Part shown: piece after piece, positions 7,583 through 15,600 of the stretch
Layout of the letters: each line of letters opens with the position of its first letter
Numbering within the stretch: position 1 is the first letter of the stretch
Source: a virus
Lineage: Duplodnaviria; Caudoviricetes
Virus record (IMG/VR): IMGVR_UViG_3300020411_002342
Coordinates: 1 to 52,456 of that record
Direction: 5' to 3' (one strand)
DNA: 52,456 bases
Made by a program: the position numbers and the translations under genes
The notes under the pieces: model-generated
Told to the model about the DNA's origin: nothing
Databases searched by the model: none
Seen by the model: only the letters and a program-made list of their open reading frames with translations

Positions 7583-7792
7583 ATGAAAACTAACAAGAAT
7601 GAAGAGATAAAATGCTATGTAGATGATACTGAAGTCAGTTGTATTACATGGGATAAAGTAACACATAAGATGAACGATTACCCACCCGAAATGTATAACG
7701 AAATACTCAAAGATTATGAGTGGAGATGGGGCAAATTCAACCCTAATATGTACCCAGTTGTTAATAAGAACTCAGACGAGATTGACGTTTGA
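7583..7792 (+). CDS. Hypothetical protein
   Basis: ORF track. Confidence 0.6.
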   Translation: MKTNKNEEIKCYVDDTEVSCITWDKVTHKMNDYPPEMYNEILKDYEWRWGKFNPNMYPVVNKNSDEIDV

Positions 7793-7959
7793 TTTATTGC
7801 TCAAATGGTATCAAATGTTACCGAATAAGTGTTATTTACTATTTTAAATGTATTTTTAAATATATTTAAGTGTTTTATATCGTTCTGGAAAGTATAATAA
7901 ATAGAGGGTTAATTGTGTCGAGTTCTTGTCATCTTAGGGGGAGAGATAACGACTCCGAT

Positions 7960-7988
7960 ATTATAAACTATCAACCCCGATTTGTCAA
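7960..7988 (-). promoter_or_regulatory. Consensus sigma70 promoter on the minus strand
   Basis: Reverse complement reads TTGACA(7988-7983)-N17-TATAAT(7965-7960). Confidence 0.75.
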
Positions 7989-8004
7989 CTCTGAGTATCA
8001 CAAA

Positions 8005-8033
8005 TTGACACAATATTACATGGGGTTTATAAC
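8005..8033 (+). promoter_or_regulatory. sigma70 promoter
   Basis: TTGACA(8005-8010)-N17-TATAAC(8028-8033). Confidence 0.7.
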
Positions 8034-8035
8034 AC

Positions 8036-8064
8036 TTGACAGTCTTATAATTACATCCTATAAT
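8036..8064 (+). promoter_or_regulatory. Consensus sigma70 promoter
   Basis: TTGACA(8036-8041)-N17-TATAAT(8059-8064). Confidence 0.8.
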
Positions 8065-8070
8065 ATAAGC

Positions 8071-8302
8071 AAATGGAACAGTACCTTATGAGCAGTTAAC
8101 CCACACAGATTGCCTCTGCATTTGAGCAGTTTATCTCTGCATATTATAAAGGTTTGCGAGATAAACAGTCACGAGATTACACCCCTATTTGAGCAGTTAA
8201 TTCGGTGGGGGTTGATGATGTGGGGTGGGGCGTATCGGGTTATAAAAACGCTTAAGTCCCTAACCTACAACGAACCAAAAACGAGCTCTTTATTTCACTC
8301 TC
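8071..8302 (+). ncRNA. Candidate non-coding RNA, long leader or primer RNA
   Basis: About 230 nt downstream of tandem strong promoters, with no convincing CDS, with repeats and G-tracts. Family not recognised. Confidence 0.35.
8089..8198 (+). repeat. Three TGAGCAGTT direct repeats
   Basis: Copies start at 8089, 8123 and 8190. Confidence 0.8.
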
Positions 8303-8500
8303 ATGAAAAAATTTTTCACGGCTGAAAATGCCGCCAAGGTCGCATTCGGAATAGGTGTTGCTTCTGCTTTTATGAAAGCTGCTACTGGAAAACCCTCTGC
8401 AACTGTCGGACGTTGTACTAACACCAAACCTCTATTTGTAGATAACTATAGAAGTGGTGATCGCAGGAAGTGGAGAAAAGATTTATATCCTAACGGTTAA
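8303..8500 (+). CDS. Hypothetical basic protein
   Basis: ORF track. No clear RBS; the start lies in the palindrome TGAAAAA-A-TTTTTCA. Confidence 0.5.
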   Translation: MKKFFTAENAAKVAFGIGVASAFMKAATGKPSATVGRCTNTKPLFVDNYRSGDRRKWRKDLYPNG

Positions 8501-8529
8501 TTGACAACGAATAAATATTGTAGTATGAT
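8501..8529 (+). promoter_or_regulatory. Composite promoter: sigma70 with nested late-type motif
   Basis: TTGACA(8501)-N17-TATGAT(8524) with AATAAATA (8510-8517) in the spacer. Confidence 0.7.
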
Positions 8530-8552
8530 ATAATTATTGGACACTGAACTTT

Positions 8553-9362
8553 ATGGCAAAAGCTAAAGGATTTAAAGTAATCCCCAAAGAAACAAAAGAA
8601 CAAAAAGAAGAATGGGATTACAATAGAATTAAGAATAGGTTTAGGGGAAAAAAGATAGTCTTCTGTTTACCAGGTAGAGGATGTTCTTATATCTTTTTAA
8701 AGAATTTTGTACAGTTATGTTTTGACTTAGTACAGAATGGTAATCAAATACAAATTTCTCAAGATTATTCTTCTATGGTTAACTTTGCACGATGCAAGGT
8801 CTTGGGAGCAAATGTATTAAGAGGACCAAAACAAATACCTTGGGATGGTAAATTAGAATACGACTATCAGTTATGGATAGACTCTGATATTGTATTTGAT
8901 ACTAATAAGTTTTGGCAATTAGTAGATCTTGCTACTAAGGATGCAGAGACAGAGGTAGATGGTAAACTTAGTATTGATGATAATAAGGTAAATGAGATTG
9001 CTGCTGGTTGGTATGCCACAGAAGATGGACATACTACATCTGTTGCACATTGGTTAGACGAGGAGAATTTTGCAAAGAATGGTGGTGTTATGAACCACGA
9101 AACTGTTGAATCTATCACTCGTAAAAGGAAACCGTTCACAGTCGATTATACTGGATTTGGTTGGGTACTAATTAAACATGGTGTATTTGAGAGACTTGAG
9201 TATCCTTGGTTTGCTCCGAAGATGCAGATCTTTGAGAGTGGTAATGTACAGGATATGTGTGGTGAGGATGTTTCATTCTGTCTTGATGCAAAGAAAGCAG
9301 GTATGGTGACATGGTGTGACCCACGTATCAGAGTAGGTCATGAGAAGACACGAATTATCTGA
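8553..9362 (+). CDS. GT-A fold (family 2-like) glycosyltransferase
   Basis: WIDSDIVF DxD motif, TGFGWVLIK, GEDVSFC, RVGHEK. Confidence 0.8.
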   Translation: MAKAKGFKVIPKETKEQKEEWDYNRIKNRFRGKKIVFCLPGRGCSYIFLKNFVQLCFDLVQNGNQIQISQDYSSMVNFARCKVLGANVLRGPKQIPWDGKLEYDYQLWIDSDIVFDTNKFWQLVDLATKDAETEVDGKLSIDDNKVNEIAAGWYATEDGHTTSVAHWLDEENFAKNGGVMNHETVESITRKRKPFTVDYTGFGWVLIKHGVFERLEYPWFAPKMQIFESGNVQDMCGEDVSFCLDAKKAGMVTWCDPRIRVGHEKTRII

Positions 9363-9434
9363 TACTTTATGGCGGCGTGTCTCTCCGAAATATCTCGGCG
9401 AGACTCCGAATAATCTGTACTAAGGAGGATACAA

Positions 9435-9620
9435 ATGCCAAAAAAACTTGAATTTAAATACAACCTTTTTCATGAAGGTAAACAATTGAATAAGAACCCT
9501 TTAAGCGAAGCAGGTAAATTTGATGCATTTCAAATACTGATTCGTTTATTTGATGAGGGTAAACCTGATGCTATCGATCCTGATGAGGTCGAAGTTGTTG
9601 ACATTACTGAAACAAAATGA
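9435..9620 (+). CDS. Hypothetical protein
   Basis: ORF track. AAGGAGG RBS. Confidence 0.75.
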   Translation: MPKKLEFKYNLFHEGKQLNKNPLSEAGKFDAFQILIRLFDEGKPDAIDPDEVEVVDITETK

Positions 9621-9805
9621 CCGTTGAAAAAATCATTGAGATTGTGAAAGCAAAATGGCAGGTCTTTGGTGTTGCTGCACTAACGATCTTCATTTTACAA
9701 CTCTTATCATCTAAAATACTATTAGCTGTTTTTCTTGGATTAATCGTTACTGCATTAATACCAACTGAAACAGTTAAAAAAGTCACAAAAAAAGTTACTA
9801 AGTAA
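9617..9805 (+). CDS. Small membrane protein (two hydrophobic segments, basic tail)
   Basis: ORF track. ATGA overlap. Confidence 0.7.
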   Translation: MTVEKIIEIVKAKWQVFGVAALTIFILQLLSSKILLAVFLGLIVTALIPTETVKKVTKKVTK

Positions 9806-9812
9806 ATTAATT

Positions 9813-9956
9813 ATGGCAAAAAAAGGTTTAATGGGTACTCTTGTTGTAGGAGAAACACTCCCGAAAAAAACTCGGCAGGGTAGATCAGCTCATACTAAAT
9901 TATCTGCAACAAGTAGAAATCATAAAAAGAAACCATATAGGGGTCAAGGTCGATGA
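9813..9956 (+). CDS. 47-aa highly basic protein ending YRGQGR
   Basis: Manual translation MAKKGLMGTLVVGETLPKKTRQGRSAHTKLSATSRNHKKKPYRGQGR. Not in track. Confidence 0.75.
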   Translation: MAKKGLMGTLVVGETLPKKTRQGRSAHTKLSATSRNHKKKPYRGQGR

Positions 9957-10105
9957 TCGCACCCCTTCATTCATATTGGAATAAAGGAATTGATTTAATT
10001 CATATTGATTTAAGAACTTTAGAAGAAAAGATAGATAGTATACACCGTCAAATCAAATTTAAAAGAAGAGGAGGTCAAAATGGACGTAACTTCCGATACG
10101 AATGA
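9953..10105 (+). CDS. Hypothetical protein (50 aa)
   Basis: Manual translation MIAPLHSYWNKG...NFRYE. ATGA overlap with the upstream stop. Not in track. Confidence 0.5.
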   Translation: MIAPLHSYWNKGIDLIHIDLRTLEEKIDSIHRQIKFKRRGGQNGRNFRYE

Positions 10106-10235
10106 GCTAATTCAAGAGGTTTATAACGACGATATGTTGAAAAAGACCAAAAAATCACGTATGAATAAGGAATTACACGAAAAAAACAGTGAATTTGATG
10201 ATTTTGAGGTCACAAACAAGAGAGTTGTATTATAA
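10080..10235 (+). CDS. Hypothetical protein (51 aa)
   Basis: Manual translation MDVTSDTNELIQEVY...KRVVL. GAGGAGG RBS. Not in track. Confidence 0.65.
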   Translation: MDVTSDTNELIQEVYNDDMLKKTKKSRMNKELHEKNSEFDDFEVTNKRVVL

Positions 10236-10251
10236 TTGTTATAATTTAGCT

Positions 10252-10259
10252 ACTAAATA
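10252..10259 (+). promoter_or_regulatory. T4-type late promoter
   Basis: ACTAAATA upstream of gp25 (T4 consensus TATAAATA). Confidence 0.6.
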
Positions 10260-10286
10260 TAAAGAGGTAGATTAATTTTATAAATT

Positions 10287-10685
10287 GTGTCATCTTCAAG
10301 GTCATTCAAAGATATAAATTTGTCGTTTAAGCGTCATCCAGTGACTAATGACCTTGTTACGGTCAAAAATGAGGATGCAATTAAACAATCTGTTAAAAAT
10401 ATCATTTTTACTATTGTTGGTGAGAAACCATTTAACTCTAACTTCGGAACACATATTAATGCGTTACTGTTTGAGTTAAATACTTCATATGGTGGTGAGT
10501 CAGCCATTCAATCACAAATTGAAAGTTCCTTGTCTCTTCAAGAGCCAAGAATTGATAATATTAGTGTTAATGTGAGTGTGGAACCTGATAGTAATGCAGT
10601 TTTCGCATCAGTTGAATATGATATTATTGGTCTTCCTGTTCCTGCTCAAACAGTAGATGTTCTTCTCCAACCAGCTAGAGTATAA
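10287..10685 (+). CDS. gp25: Baseplate wedge subunit gp25
   Basis: FKDINLSFKRHPVTND, AIKQSVKNII, GEKPF..NFG, EPRI motifs. Synteny with gp6. Confidence 0.92.
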   Translation: MSSSRSFKDINLSFKRHPVTNDLVTVKNEDAIKQSVKNIIFTIVGEKPFNSNFGTHINALLFELNTSYGGESAIQSQIESSLSLQEPRIDNISVNVSVEPDSNAVFASVEYDIIGLPVPAQTVDVLLQPARV

Positions 10686-12679
10686 TGGCATTCGGTCAAT
10701 ACGTTAATTTAGATTTCGATGAAATAAAAACGTCTATCAAAGACTATTTGAAGGCGAATAGTGATTTTACAGATTATGATTTTGAAGGTTCGAACCTTTC
10801 AATCATAATTGATGCACTTGCATACAATACATATACTACCGCATATAACACAAATATGGCGGCAAATGAAAGTTTTCTTGATTCCGCTACATTAAGAGAA
10901 AACGTTGTCGCCTTAGCACGTAATATTGGGTATGTTCCTCGTTCAAGACGTGCTGCCAGAGCAAAAATATCGTTTAATATCACTGGAATTACTGATTCTG
11001 TCACTGTTACACTTAAAGCTGGTTTAATTTGTAACGGTGCTGCAGGAAATACCAGTTATATTTTCTCAATTCCTCAAGATATTACTGTAAATGTCGTTCA
11101 GGGAGTCGCACAATTCAATGAAATTGAAATATTTGAAGGATTATTCATTAAACAAAACTTTAAAGTTAATACATCACAGTATAATCAGCGATTTATTCTT
11201 CCAAATTCGTTTATTGACACATCTACACTCAATGTAAAGGTAAGATCAACAGAAAATGCTACAAGTTCTGTTGAATATAAACAAATTAACAATATTATTG
11301 GTATAACTTCGACATCTTCTTCCTATTTGTTGCAAGAAATTGAGGATGAAAGGTATGAAATCATGTTTGGTGATGGTGTAATTGGTAAAAAACTTGCAAA
11401 TAACAACTATATTACAGTAAGTTACATTACAACTGCTGGAAAAGGTGGAAATGGAGCTGCAGAATTCAGCTTTATTGGTCAATTAGTTGATCAAGACGGT
11501 GGAGCTGTGAATCCAGCTAACGTTTCTCTTGTTACAACCAATGAAACTTCAAGAGATGGTGATGAAATTGAGTCAATTTCCTCCATAAAGTACTATTCAC
11601 CAAGAATTTACTCATCTCAATACCGTGCCGTGACATCTTCCGACTATGAATCGGTCTTGTCATACGTTTATCCTAATGTTGAATCAGTTACAGCGTATGG
11701 AGGGGAGGAATTAAACCCTCCAAGATACGGAAAAGTGTATATTTCTGTAAAACCAAGGAATGGTGACTACCTTTCTGACTTTACAAAGCGTGATTTAGTG
11801 CAAAAATTGAAGAGTTATGCGGTTGCTGGTATTGTTCCAGAGTTTGTTGACCTAAAATACCTTTATGTTGAGTTAGATGCTTATGCATATTACAATACAA
11901 ATTACATTAGTGACCCAGAAAACTTAAAATCTTTGGTTACTAACTCATTAAATCAGTATTCTAAGTCAATTGATGTTAATAGATTTGGTGGTAGGTTTAA
12001 ATATAGTAAGACTTTAGGATTAATTGATGGTGTAGACACCGCAATTGTGTCAAATATCACCAGAGTTATTATTAGAAGGAATTTGATATGTGAAATTAAT
12101 AAATTTGCTCAATATGAATTATGTTATGGAAATGCATTCCACGTTGCACAATCTTCATATAACATCACATCCACTGGATTCACCGTCCAGGGAGTGCCTG
12201 GCACTGTTTATCTTGCAGATGAGGTAATAAATGATACAAGAGGTAGAATATTCTTCTTTACATATACAGAAGGTGGAAAACCATCTATTATTAAGAAGAA
12301 TGCAGGTACAGTCAAATATGACATCGGTGAAATCCTTATAGATACTGTTAGCATAACCTCTACAGTCATTGAGAATAATATTGTGGAAGTTCAAGCTATT
12401 CCTTCTTCGAATGATGTTATTGGATTAAACGATTTGTATGTAAAACTTGATATGTCTAATACACACATCACTATGGTACAGGATATTATTGCTTCTGGAG
12501 AAAATACATCTGGTTCGAGTTTCATAAGAGGGTCAAGTTATGATATTCCAACATATACAAGATCTTCAAACTCTACCGTTTCTACAAAGAAAGCAATAAG
12601 TTCTACAGTTTCATCAACTACTAGTACAACTAGCAGTACATTTAATACAACATCGTCAACAACTGGATATACAACTTAA
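10685..12679 (+). CDS. gp6: Baseplate wedge subunit gp6
   Basis: LDFDEIK, DYDFEGSNLS, ESFLDSATLRENVV, QYRAVTSSDY motifs. Confidence 0.95.
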   Translation: MAFGQYVNLDFDEIKTSIKDYLKANSDFTDYDFEGSNLSIIIDALAYNTYTTAYNTNMAANESFLDSATLRENVVALARNIGYVPRSRRAARAKISFNITGITDSVTVTLKAGLICNGAAGNTSYIFSIPQDITVNVVQGVAQFNEIEIFEGLFIKQNFKVNTSQYNQRFILPNSFIDTSTLNVKVRSTENATSSVEYKQINNIIGITSTSSSYLLQEIEDERYEIMFGDGVIGKKLANNNYITVSYITTAGKGGNGAAEFSFIGQLVDQDGGAVNPANVSLVTTNETSRDGDEIESISSIKYYSPRIYSSQYRAVTSSDYESVLSYVYPNVESVTAYGGEELNPPRYGKVYISVKPRNGDYLSDFTKRDLVQKLKSYAVAGIVPEFVDLKYLYVELDAYAYYNTNYISDPENLKSLVTNSLNQYSKSIDVNRFGGRFKYSKTLGLIDGVDTAIVSNITRVIIRRNLICEINKFAQYELCYGNAFHVAQSSYNITSTGFTVQGVPGTVYLADEVINDTRGRIFFFTYTEGGKPSIIKKNAGTVKYDIGEILIDTVSITSTVIENNIVEVQAIPSSNDVIGLNDLYVKLDMSNTHITMVQDIIASGENTSGSSFIRGSSYDIPTYTRSSNSTVSTKKAISSTVSSTTSTTSSTFNTTSSTTGYTT

Positions 12680-15600
12680 TGATCGATACTTCAGTACAAA
12701 GGGTTAAAGTAAGTCAGGTAATTGAGAACCAATTACCTGAATTTGTGCAGGCAGAAAATCCACTTTTTGTGGATTTTATGAAACAATACTATATTTCACA
12801 AGAATTTCAAGGTGGAACTATAGATATTGCGGAAAATTTAGATCGTTATACAAAATTACAAACTTTTGTTGGTACAGCTCTGACAGAGTACACTGGATTA
12901 TCTACGGATACCCAAAATTACTCAAAAACGATATATGTTGACACAACAGATGGATATCCAGCTAAATATGGACTCTTAAAAATAGATGATGAGATAATAA
13001 CTTACACTGGAGTCGGTACTACTTCATTTACAGGTTGTATTCGTGGATTTAGTGGTGTTGATTCAATGGATCAACCTAATAGACCTGATCTTTTATCATT
13101 TAAAACAAGTGTTGGCGCTGCTCACACTGGTGGAACTAAGGTTTACAACCTTTCCAACCTCTTTATTCGTGAATTTTTCAGTAAATTAAAGACAACCTTC
13201 GCAAGTGGGTTTGAAAATAGGAAATTAGATAGTGATTTAGACCAAGTTAAGTTTATTCGACAAGTTAAGGACTTTTATAAGACAAAAGGAACAGATGAAG
13301 CGTATAAAATCCTTTTTAGAGCTTTATATGGAGAAGAAGTTAAGGTTATTAAACCATCTGAGTTTTTATTAAGACCTTCTGATGCAGATTACCAACTTAC
13401 ACAAGATTTTATTGTAAAATCGATTACAGGAGACCCAAGAGCATTAAAAAGTTCTACATTAGTACAAGATAAAGATGATAATGACGAAAATATCCTTGGT
13501 GCTAGTGGTGCTATATCAGATGTTAAGGATTTTATGTATGGTGGGGAACATTATTATCAAATAAGTGTTTCTAAAGACTCAATTAATGGTAATTTTGATA
13601 TTCCTGGTAGAACAAGACTTACTAATGCAGTTTCTATTGGTGGAACAGTTCTTACAGTAGATACTACTGTTGGATTTCCCACTAGTGGATCTGTAAGTAT
13701 TGCTAATGGCGATCCTTCTGGTATTGTAACTTATACTAATAAGACTCTTAACCAATTTACTGGTTTAAGTACAATGAGATCAGCCTTTAAGGTTGGTGAT
13801 GATGTAAGATATGGAAATGTTGCTTATGGATACTCTGTTGGTAATCTTTCAAAGAAAATTGAGGTTCTAATTACTGGTGTTCTTGGTGAATTTGATATTC
13901 CAGAGACAACTTTCTATTTTGATAAGAAAGATAAGATACGAGTTGGATCATTTGGTGTAAATAAGAGTATTCAAGATCAACATTTCAATTCTTGGATACA
14001 TAACGTTTCAGTAAGACATGCACCCAAATCTGTTACAGAGATTTCTTTAGGTACTTTTAATATTGAAACTACTTCTTCTAATGATTTCCTTGAAGAAGAT
14101 TTTGTTGAGATTTTAGATGGTGACGATAAAATATATGGAGTTGGTAGAGTAACATCTGTTATTAGTAATAATGTTTTTGTTCTAAGTGATATACCTGGAG
14201 TCGATATTGCAGAAATACAATATGTAAGACGAAGAATTAATAGAGGAAATAGTATTGTTCATGATAATATTACCAAATATACCACAGATGTTCAAAATAC
14301 TTATGAACATGCAGAATCCTCTTGTGTGTATGTTGCATCCCCTTCTATACCAAGTTTAGGTAATGAACCCATAACAGCATCAGATCGTTCTGTAGAGTGG
14401 TCTGGCACTACTGATGGCACTGAAGTACAAGTAACTACTGGTGCAGATGATCATGGATTCTATTCTGGTGAGGTTGTTAAATTTTCTATTGTTTCTGGTC
14501 ATAATAATCTGACTGATGGTAAGAATTATTATATTAAACGAGTTAGTTCAAATAATGTACAATTTGCAAATTCTTTACCAGATCTTGTACAAAATACTTT
14601 TGTAGATTCTACAGGAACTGGAACATTTAAGATTTCTGTTCCTGATATTGCTAATAAGAAATTAGAACATCAAAAATTATTAAAGAAAATTCCTATTAAT
14701 CCAGATTTTGATGGTAGTCAATATGAAACTACTGCTGCTACATCAACTGGAATATTAATTAATGGAACTGAAATTTATAATTACAAATCTGGAGATGTTA
14801 TCTTCTATGGTGGTGTTAAATCAATAGATGTTCTTGAAGGTGGTTCTGGGTATGATTTAATAACACCTCCAACTGTTACTATTGAAAGTACTTCTGGTTC
14901 TGGTGTAACTGCTACTGCTAATATTAAAGGTCAATTTGAAAGAATTGATATTGTTGATCCTGGTTTTGACTATATTGATGAACCAGTAGTAGAAATATCT
15001 GGTGGTAATGGTTCAAATGCTGTTGCTAGATCAAGATTAAGATTAATTGATCATTTTATTGATTTTGATGCATCTTCTACAGGAGATAGAATTAATATTG
15101 CAAATGATACTATTGGATTTACAACTTTCCATAAATTTAGGGATGGAGAACCTGTAATTTACCAAACTTTTAATACTGGTGCAATTGGTATTGCAAGTGC
15201 TGGTATTACAACAGATCAAATTCAAACAACACCAGATCAAAGACTTGTTGATAATGAAATCTATTATATTGCTAAAGTTGATGCTAGTACAATTAAACTT
15301 GCTAATACTAGAGAAGAGGCTTTAAGTAAATCCAATCTTCTTAACCTAACTGGTTATGCAGATGGTACTCAGAGATTCCAAAGTTTAGAAAGAAAGAAGG
15401 TATTGGGTGATATTATTATTGATAATCCAGGTGAAGGGTTTGAGAATAAGAGAAGACTTGTAAAACCTGCAGGAATTAATACTTATTCTGATTATATTGA
15501 ATATACTGGACATGGTTTTAAAGATGGTGAAATAGTTCAATATTCTTTTGATGGTACTGGAATTGGTGGTATCGATACTGAACAACAATATTATGTTTTA

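Noticed and set aside
7870-8325. Track ORFs 7870..8091 and 8110..8325
   Set aside because: GTG/TTG starts, no RBS, atypical composition, and overlap with promoters and repeats. Treated as non-coding.
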